Of a stretch of DNA of 64,000 bases, positions 42,738 to 52,272 are shown in pieces (position 1 is the stretch's first letter; the number at the start of each line of letters is the position of its first letter). This DNA comes from Acidimicrobiales bacterium. GTDB lineage: Bacteria; Actinomycetota; Acidimicrobiia; Acidimicrobiales; Poriferisodalaceae. The translations under genes were made by a program, and so were the position numbers. The notes under the pieces are model-generated. The model had not been told where the DNA came from. It was given only the letters and a program-made list of their open reading frames with translations, and made no database searches. The DNA lies in the NCBI GenBank assembly GCA_041394185.1, contig JAWKIQ010000004.1:322075-386074 (forward strand), given 5' to 3'.

Positions 42738-43928
42738 ATGAGCGCGCTCGAAGGTATCCGGGTGCTCGATCTCGGACAGCTGGTGCAGGGGCCACAGGCC
42801 GCCCAGATGCTGGCCGACCTCGGGGCCGATGTCATCAAGATCGAACTGCCAGGCGTCGGCGATTTGTCGCGCTATCTCCCGTCGGCGCCGGGGGATCGTC
42901 GTTCTGGGTTCTTCCACGGATGCAACCGCGGCAAGCGCAGCGTGGCGGTCGACCTGCGCACCGACGGCGGAAGGCAGGTGTTCTGGCGGTTGCTCGAAAG
43001 CGCAGACGTGGTCATAGCCAACTTCAAGGCCGGCACCCTCGAAGAGTGGGGGTTGAGCTATGACGAGGCGGCCAAGCGCAACCCCCGAATCGTCTATGGC
43101 CTGGGCAGCCTCTTTGGGCCGAAGGGTCCTGCGGCGACGAGGGAGGGGGCAGACCTCGCCGCCCAGGCGGCAGGTGGGCTCATCAGCACCACCAACACCG
43201 AGGGTGTCGAGCCCACACCGGTTGGGGCCACCGTCGCCGACCACATGGCGAGCCAGAACCTGGTTGCCGGAGTGTTGGCGGCGCTTGTGGCCAGAGAGCG
43301 CACCGGCGTGGGTCAAAGGGTCGACGTGTCGCTGCTGGGCGGACAGATCTGGGCCCAGGCCTCGGAATACTCGGCCTATTTCATCTCGGGGCGGGTGCCA
43401 TCGAGGGCCGACGGTGGTCACCCGTTCGTGCGCAGCGGCTATGGCATCTTCCCCACCGCAGACGGCCACATCGCGATGGTGGGCATCCCGGCCAAACGCC
43501 GCGCCGAGTTCTTCGCCCTGGTCGGCATGCCAGAACTGGCCGACGACGAACGCTTCCTGGCGCCACAGATGACCGACGAAGTGCACCTGGCCTTGCGCCA
43601 GTCGTTGGCCAAGGTGCTGGTTAGGCGGACAACAGCCCAGTGGTGCGAGCTGTTCGAGGCCGGCAACTGGCGATTTGCTCCGGTCAACGACTACCAGGCC
43701 GCTGCGGCCGATCCGCACCTTGTCGAGAACGGCTATGTGTTCGAGACCGACCACCCCGATTGGGGGCGCATCCGCACGGTCGGGTCGCCCATAGCCATGT
43801 CGGCCACTCCGCCGGTGCCGGGCGCGGTGTCGCCCGAGCTCGGCGCTCACACCGACGAGGTGTTGATCGCAGCCGGTCTAAGCGCGCAAGACATCGCCGC
43901 GTTGCGCGAGTCTGGCGCCATAGGCTGA
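42738..43928 (+). CDS. class III CoA-transferase (CaiB/BaiF family)
   Basis: LEGIRVLDLGQLVQGPQAAQMLADLGADVIKIE at the N-terminus. Confidence 0.85.
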   Translation: MSALEGIRVLDLGQLVQGPQAAQMLADLGADVIKIELPGVGDLSRYLPSAPGDRRSGFFHGCNRGKRSVAVDLRTDGGRQVFWRLLESADVVIANFKAGTLEEWGLSYDEAAKRNPRIVYGLGSLFGPKGPAATREGADLAAQAAGGLISTTNTEGVEPTPVGATVADHMASQNLVAGVLAALVARERTGVGQRVDVSLLGGQIWAQASEYSAYFISGRVPSRADGGHPFVRSGYGIFPTADGHIAMVGIPAKRRAEFFALVGMPELADDERFLAPQMTDEVHLALRQSLAKVLVRRTTAQWCELFEAGNWRFAPVNDYQAAAADPHLVENGYVFETDHPDWGRIRTVGSPIAMSATPPVPGAVSPELGAHTDEVLIAAGLSAQDIAALRESGAIG

Positions 43929-43934
43929 ACCCCG

Positions 43935-44687
43935 ATGTCGACAGTACAATCGGTCGAGCGCGCCTTTGCCGTGCTCCAGAGCTTGGCCAGTGGGCCGGCG
44001 GGCGTCTCCGAGGTCGCCGAGCGCTGCGGGCTGCCCAAGAGCACCGTGGCCCGCCTGCTGTCGACCCTGGTCGAGGTGGGCGCGGTCGAACAAAGTGACG
44101 CCCTGGGTGTCTACGGCCTTGGCTCGGTGCTCATCGACCTGGCTTCGGCTGCCAGCCCTGGCAACAGCCTCATCTCCATCACACATCCGCATCTCGTCGA
44201 CCTGGTGGCCCAGACCGGCGAAGCCGCAGGGCTTTCGATGCTCGACGGGTTCGAGGTCTACTACTACGACCAGGTCGACGGCGATCACGAGGTGCAGGTC
44301 CGCGACTGGACCGGCGAGAGCGTCGATGCCCACGTGGTGTCGTCTGGCGTCGTGTTGCTGGCCTTCGCAGACCCAGACGTGCGAGATGAGTTCCTCGGCC
44401 AGGAACTGGCCAGGTGGACCGAAAAGACGATGACCGACCCGGTTCAGCTGGCCGCGCGGTTCGACGATGTTCGTGCCACGGGCTACGCCTGGACCCGCGA
44501 GGAGATGTCGGAAGGCCTCAACTCGGTGGCTGCCCCCATCTTCAACCCGGCGGGGCGGGCCGTGGCCGCCATCCACGTGCATGGTCCCTCATACCGCTTC
44601 CCACCCGAGGGCACCGACGACTCGATTGCCGCCGAGGTCGTGGCGGCTGCGCAACGGATATCAGCGCGCCTAGCTGGGGTGACATAG
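43935..44687 (+). CDS. IclR family transcriptional regulator
   Basis: SVERAFAVLQSLASGPAGVSEVAERCGLPKSTVARLLSTL is an IclR-type HTH, followed by an effector domain. Confidence 0.88.
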   Translation: MSTVQSVERAFAVLQSLASGPAGVSEVAERCGLPKSTVARLLSTLVEVGAVEQSDALGVYGLGSVLIDLASAASPGNSLISITHPHLVDLVAQTGEAAGLSMLDGFEVYYYDQVDGDHEVQVRDWTGESVDAHVVSSGVVLLAFADPDVRDEFLGQELARWTEKTMTDPVQLAARFDDVRATGYAWTREEMSEGLNSVAAPIFNPAGRAVAAIHVHGPSYRFPPEGTDDSIAAEVVAAAQRISARLAGVT

Positions 44688-44704
44688 GGCTCGCCTTCGG
44701 TTAC

Positions 44705-44731
44705 GATTCCGCTATACGGAATCGTTCCGCA
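44705..44731. promoter_or_regulatory. candidate operator: overlapping palindromes GATTCCG-ctata-CGGAATC-g-TTCCG
   Basis: Perfect 7-bp inverted repeat plus a third half-site, in the 95-nt gap between iclR and the corrinoid-protein gene. Confidence 0.4.
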
Positions 44732-44782
44732 TCGTGGACTCAGCCTTTGCGATGCTGTCCGCCAAGGGGATTGGGGGCCGCG

Positions 44783-45511
44783 ATGAGCGACCACGAAGAC
44801 GTCGACATCGACCTCGCCGGCTTGTCCGACGACGATCTGGCATCACAGATGCACGACGATCTGTACGACGGGCTCGGCGACGAGATCGTCGAGGGCACCA
44901 ACATCTTGCTCGAGCGGGGCTGGAGCGCCGACCGTGTGCTGCAGGAGGCACTGGTCGAGGGGATGCGCATCGTCGGCATCGATTTTCGAGACGGCATCTT
45001 GTTCGTGCCCGAGGTGCTGCTGGCCGCCAACGCCATGAAGGCAGGCATGGCCATCCTGCGACCCCTGCTGGCCGAGACCGGCGCCGAGCCCATAGGCAAG
45101 GCTGTCATCGGAACCGTCAAGGGCGACATCCACGACATCGGCAAGAACCTGGTGGCGATGATGCTGGAAGGTGCCGGGTTCGAGGTCGTCGATCTGGGAA
45201 TCAACTGTGATGTCGACACCTATCTGGCCGCACTCGACGAGCATCGCCCCGACATCTTGGGCATGTCGGCGCTGCTGACCACGACCATGCCCTACATGAA
45301 GGTCGTCATCGACACCCTGATCGAAGCCGGGCGGCGCAACGACCAGATAGTGATGGTGGGCGGTGCGCCGCTGAACGAAGAGTTCGGCGCCGCCGTCGGT
45401 GCCGACGCCTACTGCCGCGACGCAGCCGTTGCCGCAGAGAAGGCCAAGGAGTTGATAGCCGCGCGACGAGCCAACGTGGTCGCGCTCGACACCGCAGGTT
45501 CACGCCCATGA
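44783..45511 (+). CDS. cobalamin-binding corrinoid protein (methyltransferase cognate, MtbC/MtgC-like)
   Basis: GTVKGDIHDIGKNLV (DxHxxG), GMSALLTT and MVGGAP are B12-binding domain motifs. Confidence 0.85.
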   Translation: MSDHEDVDIDLAGLSDDDLASQMHDDLYDGLGDEIVEGTNILLERGWSADRVLQEALVEGMRIVGIDFRDGILFVPEVLLAANAMKAGMAILRPLLAETGAEPIGKAVIGTVKGDIHDIGKNLVAMMLEGAGFEVVDLGINCDVDTYLAALDEHRPDILGMSALLTTTMPYMKVVIDTLIEAGRRNDQIVMVGGAPLNEEFGAAVGADAYCRDAAVAAEKAKELIAARRANVVALDTAGSRP

Positions 45512-47064
45512 CCGACATTCACGACCCTGGCGCCCCGGAACGGCGGTCTCGTCGGGCCGGTGGCCGCGACGCGAGGCGCGCCCTCAGGTCGACGGCCACC
45601 AAGGCGTCGGCCGCCTTCCTGACCCGCAAGATAAAGCCCTACGAACTGGTCAGCGACGAGGGCCTCGAGCTGCTCGAATACAACGCCGACACCCTGCTCG
45701 AGCAGGTGGGGGTCGAGATCCGCGACTATCCGGCGGCGCTGGCCTATTTCGGCAACGCGGGGGCCGATGTCGACGGAACCCGCGTCAGGTTCCCCCGCGG
45801 ACTGTGTCGCCAGTTGGTGCAGGGCAACGCCCCCTCCGTTTACACCCAGCATGCACGCAACCCGCTGCGCGACGTTCAAATCGGTGGCGATGCCATGGTG
45901 TTTGCCCCCAACTACGGGTCGCCGTTCGTACACGATCTCGACCGCGGTCGCCGCTATGCCACCATCACCGACTTCGAGAACTTCGTGAAGCTGGCGTATC
46001 TGTCGCCGTTCATGCATCACAGCGGTGGAACGGTGTGTGAACCGGTCGACATCTCGGTCGAGACCCGCCACCTCGACATGGTGTTCGCTCACCTGAGATG
46101 GAGCGACAAGCCGTTCATGGGCTCGGTGACCGCCCCCGAGCGGGCTGCCGACTCGGTCGAGATGGCCCGCATAGCGTTCGGCGGCGACCTGGCCGACCGC
46201 ACGGTCATGACCAGCCTCATCAACGCCTCGTCGCCCATGGTCTGGGACGCCACCATGCTCGGCGCAGCCGAGGTCTATGCGGCCAACAACCAGGCGTGCG
46301 TGATCTCGCCGTTCATCCTGGCCGGCGCCATGGCGCCGGCGACCTCGGCCGGGGTAGCGGCCCAGACACTGGCCGAGGCCCTGGTGGGCATGGCGTTCAC
46401 GCAGCTTGTCAGACCCGGTGCCCCGGTGGTGTTCGGCTCGTTTGCCAGCTCGATGTCGATGCAGACCGGAGCGCCCACCTTCGGCACGCCAGAACCCGCC
46501 ATAGTTCTGTACACCATGGCCGCCCTCGCTCGCCGGTTGGGTGTTCCGTTCCGCTCGGGCGGCTCGTTGACGGCGTCGAAGGTGCCAGATGCCCAGGCTG
46601 CTTACGAGTCGCTCGCCACGCTCGAGCCGACGGTTCTGGCCGGGGTCAACTTCGTTCTTCACGCCGCGGGCTGGCTGGAGGGCGGCCTGACCATCGGCTA
46701 CGAGAAGTTCGTGCTCGACTGCGACCAGTTGGGTGCCATGCACACCTTCGCCCAAGGCCTCGATCTAAGCGACGCGGGCCAAGCCCTGGACGCCTTGCTG
46801 GCCCACACCCCGGGCGAGCACCACTTGGGCACCCAGCACACCCTGGCCAACTTCGAGACCGCGTTCTACAGGGCGCTCACCGCAGACAACGCCAGCTACG
46901 AGCAATGGTCGGAAGAGGGCAGCAGAGACGCCGCCCAGCGTGCCAACGAGATGTGGCAACGCGAGCTGGCTGCCTATGAAGCGCCGCCCATAGACGACGC
47001 CATCGCCGACGAGCTGACAGAGTTCGTCGTGCGTCGACGCACAGAGCTGGCAGAAGCCCGGTGA
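45508..47064 (+). CDS. MttB-superfamily methyltransferase, non-pyrrolysine member (quaternary amine such as glycine betaine is the likely substrate class)
   Basis: 518-aa uninterrupted ORF. The N-terminal region (KPYELVSDEGLELLEYNADTLLEQVGVEI) resembles MttB family proteins. The ATG overlaps the upstream TGA. Confidence 0.75.
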   Translation: MTDIHDPGAPERRSRRAGGRDARRALRSTATKASAAFLTRKIKPYELVSDEGLELLEYNADTLLEQVGVEIRDYPAALAYFGNAGADVDGTRVRFPRGLCRQLVQGNAPSVYTQHARNPLRDVQIGGDAMVFAPNYGSPFVHDLDRGRRYATITDFENFVKLAYLSPFMHHSGGTVCEPVDISVETRHLDMVFAHLRWSDKPFMGSVTAPERAADSVEMARIAFGGDLADRTVMTSLINASSPMVWDATMLGAAEVYAANNQACVISPFILAGAMAPATSAGVAAQTLAEALVGMAFTQLVRPGAPVVFGSFASSMSMQTGAPTFGTPEPAIVLYTMAALARRLGVPFRSGGSLTASKVPDAQAAYESLATLEPTVLAGVNFVLHAAGWLEGGLTIGYEKFVLDCDQLGAMHTFAQGLDLSDAGQALDALLAHTPGEHHLGTQHTLANFETAFYRALTADNASYEQWSEEGSRDAAQRANEMWQRELAAYEAPPIDDAIADELTEFVVRRRTELAEAR

Positions 47065-47945
47065 GGCTCGCCGTGCGGGCACGAGCCCGGTCTTCGGCGC
47101 CCGATCGACACCACCAGGCCGTGGCCGACCTGGTGGCCCGACTGCACTATGAGCTGGTGCCGATGCGATCGATAGAGGCGGCCATCGCAGAGCTGCCTGC
47201 GGGCGCGCCGGTGTCGGTCACCTGCTCACCTGCGGCCGGAATACCAGCGACGCTCGACTATTGCAGCCGCCTGATCGACCTGGGTCACCAGCCCATCCCT
47301 CATCTGGCGGCCCGCACGGTCGCCGACGCCGACGCAGTAGAGCAGACAGCATCGTGGCTGCGTCAACACCAGATTCGAGAGGTGTTCGTCATTGCCGGCG
47401 ACGCCCCAGAACCGGCGGGGCCATACGAGGGCGCGGCCCAGTTCATGGCCGACCTGATCGCTGCCGAACCCGGTGTCGAGCGCATCGGTATCGCCGGCTA
47501 TCCCGACGGGCATCCGGCCATCGACGACCAAGCGCTCGAACAGCAGCTCTTCGCCAAACAGGCGCTGTTGCGCTCGGCTGGGCTCGACGGCTGGATCTCG
47601 ACCCAGATGTGTTTCGACGCCACCCGCGTACGCGCCTGGCTGCAGGGCATTCGGGCCGCGGGCATGACCCTGCCCGTGAGGTTGGGTGTGCCCGGTGTGG
47701 TCGACAGGGCGCGCCTGTTGAAGGTGGGCACCCGCATCGGCATTGGGGCGTCTTTGCGTTATGTCAGCAAGAACCGCTCGACGGTGATGCGCCTGATGTC
47801 GCCCGGCGGTTATGACCCAACCGACCTGGTGGCCGAGTTCGCCGACGACGCCCAGCGCCTGGGTATAGAGGCGCTGCACTCGTTCACGTTCAACTCTGTG
47901 GCCGACACCGCACGGTGGCAGGCGGCCATTGCCGTGGCGGCCTGA
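47061..47945 (+). CDS. methylenetetrahydrofolate reductase-like protein
   Basis: YELVPMRS...VSVTCSP...HLAARTV...FVIAGD...GIAGYPDGHP is an MTHFR-like pattern. The GTG overlaps the MttB stop (GTGA). Confidence 0.7.
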   Translation: MRLAVRARARSSAPDRHHQAVADLVARLHYELVPMRSIEAAIAELPAGAPVSVTCSPAAGIPATLDYCSRLIDLGHQPIPHLAARTVADADAVEQTASWLRQHQIREVFVIAGDAPEPAGPYEGAAQFMADLIAAEPGVERIGIAGYPDGHPAIDDQALEQQLFAKQALLRSAGLDGWISTQMCFDATRVRAWLQGIRAAGMTLPVRLGVPGVVDRARLLKVGTRIGIGASLRYVSKNRSTVMRLMSPGGYDPTDLVAEFADDAQRLGIEALHSFTFNSVADTARWQAAIAVAA

Positions 47946-47966
47946 TCGCTCGCGTCGCGGGGCCGA

Positions 47967-48920
47967 TCAGCCCCGGCGACGCCGGATCTCGGCCGTGATG
48001 GCAGGCACAACGTCGTGCAGGTCGCCGATCACCGCGTAGCCGGCCCTGGTGACCATGTTGGCCTGCGGGTCGGTGTTGACGGCGATGATGTTCTTGCTGG
48101 CAGCTGCACCAACCCAGTGCTGGATGGCGCCAGAGATGCCGCAGGCCAGATAGACGTCGGGCGCGATGCGGGTGCCGGTCTGGCCGACCTGATCGGTGTG
48201 GTTGCGCCAGCCGTTGTTGGTGACCGCCCTAGAGCAGCCCACAACACCTCCGAGCTCGGCTGCCAGTTCCTCGAGCGGCGCAAACGCCTCTTCGCTGCCC
48301 ACACCGCGGCCGCCACCTACGACGACGGGGGCTGTCGCCAGGGTTACGCCCGCGGCCCGTTCGACTCGGCCGCTGACCATGGAACGGCCCAGGTGCGGGT
48401 CGAGGTCGACGGCAAGCTCGACCGGTTCGGCCGCACCGGGCTCGTCTGCGGGTGCCGCGTCGACGCTGTGGTGGGCCACCGTCAACAGCCCGACCTGGGC
48501 GTCGAGCCTTGCGTTCTCCAGCAACGAACCGCCCCAACGCACCCTGGTGATTTCGGCGCCATCGACGGAAGTGACGTTGGCGGCAAAGGGAAGGTCGAGC
48601 CGGGCCGCCGCATGGGCCAACACCTCGTTGCCGCGATCGGTGCCGGTGGCGACCACCACAGCAGGTGATGTGTGGGCTACGGCATGAGCGACCACTGCGC
48701 CCCACGCCTCTGGTCCATAGTCGGTGAGCATGTCGTGGTGGGCCTGCAGCACCCTGGTGACGCCGAAGGCTGCCAGGTGGGTTGCCAACCCGTCGGCGTT
48801 GGCGCCGATGGTGAGGGCCTCGACCGGTTGGCCGAGCGTGCGGGCGAACGTTAGGGCCTCCAGCGCAGCAGGCGACAGTGTGCCGCGGTCGTGTTCGATC
48901 AATACGAGGGTGTGGCTCAC
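47967..48920 (-). CDS. etfA: electron transfer flavoprotein alpha subunit
   Basis: LACGISGAIQHWVGAAASKNIIAVNTDPQANMVTRAGYAVIGDL is the EtfA FAD-binding C-terminus. Confidence 0.9.
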   Translation of the reverse strand: MSHTLVLIEHDRGTLSPAALEALTFARTLGQPVEALTIGANADGLATHLAAFGVTRVLQAHHDMLTDYGPEAWGAVVAHAVAHTSPAVVVATGTDRGNEVLAHAAARLDLPFAANVTSVDGAEITRVRWGGSLLENARLDAQVGLLTVAHHSVDAAPADEPGAAEPVELAVDLDPHLGRSMVSGRVERAAGVTLATAPVVVGGGRGVGSEEAFAPLEELAAELGGVVGCSRAVTNNGWRNHTDQVGQTGTRIAPDVYLACGISGAIQHWVGAAASKNIIAVNTDPQANMVTRAGYAVIGDLHDVVPAITAEIRRRRG

Positions 48921-49684
48921 GACATGACCCCGATCTCTTCGAGCAGGTCGACCACGGCTGCTGCGGCCTCGGGCCCGTGACCGAGGACGACGGTTTGCGA
49001 GGCGCGCTCGGGTGGCCGCACCAGGGTCACCAGCGACAGGCCGCCCGGTTGGGCGCTGGGCTGCATGACCTTGACCTCGGCCTTCTTCGATGCGAGTCGG
49101 CCGCGCATGGTGGGGTAGCGGGGCAGGTTGATGCCCTCCTTGATGCCCACCACTGCGGGCAGCGGCAGGCTGTAGGTCTCGCGACCTGCATCGGCCTCGC
49201 GTTCGACGTGGACGCTGCCGTCGTCGACCGCCAGACCCTTGGCGCCGTTGACCATCGGGCGACCCAGCGCGTGCGCCACCCTGATGCCGACCTGGAAGCC
49301 GCCGCTGTCGGCCGACTCGTTGCCGAACAACACCAGATCGAAGGCGCCGCCTTCGGATTCGAGCTGTTCAATCGCCGCCGCAATGGCGGCTGCCGTGCGC
49401 TGAGGGTCCCATTCGGTGCCGTCGGTGACCAACAGCACGCCGCTGTGCATGCCCACGCTGGCGGCGTAGCGAAGCTGCTCTTCGGCCTCGGCGGGGCCCA
49501 AGGTCAGCACCATCGCCTCGCCACCGTGCTGGTCGATCAGCTGGGCCGCCGCCTCCACCGCACACTCTTCGTGTGGGCTGGTGGTGAAGCCGAGGTTGGT
49601 GGCGTCGACGGCCTGGCCGTCGGCGGTGATGTTGATCTTGGCGCCCGGCGCGGGCACCCGCTTGACGCAGACCAGAACCCTCAC
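48917..49684 (-). CDS. etfB: electron transfer flavoprotein beta subunit
   Basis: (V)RVLVCVKRVPAPGAKI... is an EtfB N-terminus. The GTG at 49684 overlaps the upstream TGA. Only the last 255 codons of the 747-aa track ORF are credible. Confidence 0.88.
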   Translation of the reverse strand: MRVLVCVKRVPAPGAKINITADGQAVDATNLGFTTSPHEECAVEAAAQLIDQHGGEAMVLTLGPAEAEEQLRYAASVGMHSGVLLVTDGTEWDPQRTAAAIAAAIEQLESEGGAFDLVLFGNESADSGGFQVGIRVAHALGRPMVNGAKGLAVDDGSVHVEREADAGRETYSLPLPAVVGIKEGINLPRYPTMRGRLASKKAEVKVMQPSAQPGGLSLVTLVRPPERASQTVVLGHGPEAAAAVVDLLEEIGVMS

Positions 49685-52215
49685 GACTTGAGCCGCGAAT
49701 CGTCGGGGTCGAATGGGCCGTCCTGGCCCACGACCTTCACGGGGAACAGCTCGTTCATGTACATGACCTGCAGGTCGGTGCCTGGCACGGCCAGCTCGCG
49801 GGGCAGATACGCCATGACGATCTGCTTGCCAACCGACGGGCCATAGGTGGCCGAGGTGACGCGCGAGACCCTGCCGTGCGAATCGCGGATTGGCTGTCCG
49901 TCGAGGGTGAGGATCGGTTCGTTGCCGCCCTGAAGCCAGCGGGTGCGGCCCGAAGAGTCGGTTGCGTCCTCGACCGTCAGGCAGCTCATGAGCACCTCGG
50001 GCTCGCCGGCGGCGCGGGCGGCAAGATAGGCCTCCTTGCCGATGAAGTCCGCCGACTTGACCTTGGGCCGGGCCAGACCGGCCTCGAGCGGGTTGTACTC
50101 GCTCTCCAGTTCGGCACCCTGGAGGCGGTAGCCCTTCTCGATGCGGCCCGAGCTGCCATAGACACCGCCGCCGGTGGGGCGCAGGCCGTATTGGTCGCGG
50201 CCGTTGGCCATCAGCGCATCCCAGACCAGGGGGGCCTGATCCCAGGGCAGATAGATCTCCCAGCCGGTGTCGCCCACGTACGAGATACGGAAGAGATAAC
50301 CGTCGACGTCGACATCGCCGCAGCGCAGCGTGCAGTCGACCATGGCTCCGTAGGGCGAGCCGGCGTGGCTGAGGTCTTGGTCGGTCAGGGTGGCCAGCAC
50401 CGCCGGTGCGTTGGGCCCCCACAGGCCGATGGTCGACACCTGGTGGGTGCGGTCGGTGACCGTCACCGAGCCGTCGCGGGGCATGTACGTGCGAATCCAG
50501 TGCATGTCGCGCCCGCCGTCGAACACACCCGTGACGACCCGCACGGTGTCTTCGGCGATGCGCTGCATGGTGAGGTCGGAGTGGAAGCCGCCGTCTGGTG
50601 TCAGCCATGGGGTATAGGTGGCCCGCCCGACCGGGCCGATCTTGTTGACCGCCAGGCGGTCGGCGAACTCGACCGCGCCGGGCCCAGACAGGTCGATGAT
50701 CTGGAACGCCGACAGATCGACCATGCCGCAGTTCTCGCGCATGTTCAGGTGTTCGCCCGCTGTGATGGGGCTCCACCAGCGGTTGTCCCACTCGACCTCG
50801 CGTTCGGTGATGCCGTAGCGCTCGGCCAGGTCGGCGTTGGACCCGTACCACTGGGGGCGCTCCCAGGTGCGGGCCTGGAAGAAGAACGCGTCCAACTCCT
50901 GCTGGCGGCTGTAGAAGGGCGATACCTCGAGGTTGCGCCTGCTGGCCCACTGCTCGGCCGGGTGGACGATGCCGTAGGTCTTGTTGAAGTGTTCCTCTGC
51001 TCGCGCCCAGATGTGATCGTCGCCGCGCTCTTGTGGGTAGAAGCGTGCGATGTCGGCGCCGTGGGCGTCGATGACGCGGGGATAGCCGTAGGTCATCCAC
51101 TCGGCCACCACCTGGGCCATGCCCGGCCCTTCCTTCACCCACACCGCGGCCGCCGACCACAGGTTGGCGACCTCGACGGTTTCGCCCAGGCAGGGCATGG
51201 CGTCTGGGGTCAGCGACAGCAACCCGTTGATGGCGTACTTGATCTCGGCGTCGCCCAGCATGTCCATCAGCTCGATGGCCTGTTCCATCTGGGGGTCGAA
51301 GTCGTCCTGGGTGAACGGCATCTCGGTGGGCGACAGTGCGGCCTCATCGTTGGAGGGGATGGTGTCGGGGTGGTGCAGGATCGGCCGGTGGGCGTACGAC
51401 CCGACCTCCATCGACCCCGCCGACTGGCGCTCGTAGCAGAACGTGTCCATGTCGCGGATGATCGGGTAGCCGATCTCGGAGTTGGTCTCGACCAGCACAT
51501 CGATGGGGCCCACGTCGGCCATCTGGTGAACTGCGGGCACCAGTGGGATGGTGGCGCCTGCCATGTTGGCGACCCGGTTAGACCACACACCAGAGGCGAT
51601 CACCACGTATTCGGCCTCGATGCGGCCCTTGTCGGTGACCACGGCCGACACCTTCTTGCGGCCGGTCGCGGGCTCGTCGACGGTTTCGATGTCGAGAACC
51701 TCGGTGTTGGCGAACACCTGCAAGCCGGCCTTCTCGATGGCCTCGTTGCGGAACAGGGTGCCGGTGTCGAGCGAGTCGACCACGGAAACCGAGGGGCAGT
51801 AGAACCCGCCCAAGATGACTTCCTCGTCGATGAACGGCACCAGCTCCTTGACCTCGGTGGGGGTCAGGAGCTTGGCCTCGACACCCCAGGCGGTGGCGCT
51901 GGTCATGCGGCGCCGAAGCTCGTTCATGCGCTCCTGGGTGCGGGCGACCTCGATGCCGCCGCAGTCGACCGAGCGATCGGCGTCGCGGTACTGGTTGGCC
52001 GACTGCACGCCCAGCAGCGCCATCTCCTTGTTGTGATCGACAGGGAAGATGAAGTTGGATGCGTGGCCGGTGGACCCGCCCGGGTTGGGCAGGGGACCCT
52101 TGTCGAGCAAGACCATGTCGGTCCAGCCCAGGCGGGCCAGGTGACCGGCCAGGCAGTTGCCGACGATGCCGGCGCCGATGATGACGCAGCGCGCCGAGGA
52201 AGGAACTTCGCTCAT
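49681..52215 (-). CDS. FAD-dependent oxidoreductase fused to GcvT aminomethyltransferase domain (dimethylglycine/sarcosine dehydrogenase type)
   Basis: The N-terminus VIIGAGIVGNCLAGHL is a dinucleotide fold. At 844 aa, the C-terminal third is folate-binding GcvT-like. Confidence 0.85.
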   Translation of the reverse strand: MSEVPSSARCVIIGAGIVGNCLAGHLARLGWTDMVLLDKGPLPNPGGSTGHASNFIFPVDHNKEMALLGVQSANQYRDADRSVDCGGIEVARTQERMNELRRRMTSATAWGVEAKLLTPTEVKELVPFIDEEVILGGFYCPSVSVVDSLDTGTLFRNEAIEKAGLQVFANTEVLDIETVDEPATGRKKVSAVVTDKGRIEAEYVVIASGVWSNRVANMAGATIPLVPAVHQMADVGPIDVLVETNSEIGYPIIRDMDTFCYERQSAGSMEVGSYAHRPILHHPDTIPSNDEAALSPTEMPFTQDDFDPQMEQAIELMDMLGDAEIKYAINGLLSLTPDAMPCLGETVEVANLWSAAAVWVKEGPGMAQVVAEWMTYGYPRVIDAHGADIARFYPQERGDDHIWARAEEHFNKTYGIVHPAEQWASRRNLEVSPFYSRQQELDAFFFQARTWERPQWYGSNADLAERYGITEREVEWDNRWWSPITAGEHLNMRENCGMVDLSAFQIIDLSGPGAVEFADRLAVNKIGPVGRATYTPWLTPDGGFHSDLTMQRIAEDTVRVVTGVFDGGRDMHWIRTYMPRDGSVTVTDRTHQVSTIGLWGPNAPAVLATLTDQDLSHAGSPYGAMVDCTLRCGDVDVDGYLFRISYVGDTGWEIYLPWDQAPLVWDALMANGRDQYGLRPTGGGVYGSSGRIEKGYRLQGAELESEYNPLEAGLARPKVKSADFIGKEAYLAARAAGEPEVLMSCLTVEDATDSSGRTRWLQGGNEPILTLDGQPIRDSHGRVSRVTSATYGPSVGKQIVMAYLPRELAVPGTDLQVMYMNELFPVKVVGQDGPFDPDDSRLKS

Positions 52216-52249
52216 TGAGACCCCCGATTGGATGGGTGGTGGCTGATCC

Positions 52250-52272
52250 GTGATATATCATGAAGCTATCAC
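52250..52272. promoter_or_regulatory. candidate GntR operator: GTGATA-tatcatgaagc-TATCAC containing palindrome TGATATATCA
   Basis: Nested perfect inverted repeats lie immediately upstream of the GntR ATG (52273), in the 57-nt divergent gap to the dehydrogenase gene. Confidence 0.45.

Noticed and set aside
41145-43928. 927-aa and 496-aa track ORFs extending far upstream of the CoA-transferase and CaCA genes.
   Set aside because: The N-terminal extensions are antisense to the rhodanese gene and lack protein-like composition. The real starts are ATG 42738 and GTG 41761.
44688-44782. Cobalamin riboswitch upstream of the corrinoid-protein gene.
   Set aside because: The gap is only about 95 nt, I see no B12-box-like sequence, and the palindromes look like protein operators instead.
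45508-47064. Possible pyrrolysine (in-frame TAG) in the MttB homologue.
   Set aside because: The ORF is uninterrupted for 518 codons, so there is no amber codon to recode.
48917-51160. 747-aa track ORF that suggests a large fusion protein upstream of etfA.
   Set aside because: Only the last 255 codons (from GTG 49684) read as EtfB. The upstream part is out-of-frame overlap with the DAO-GcvT dehydrogenase gene.
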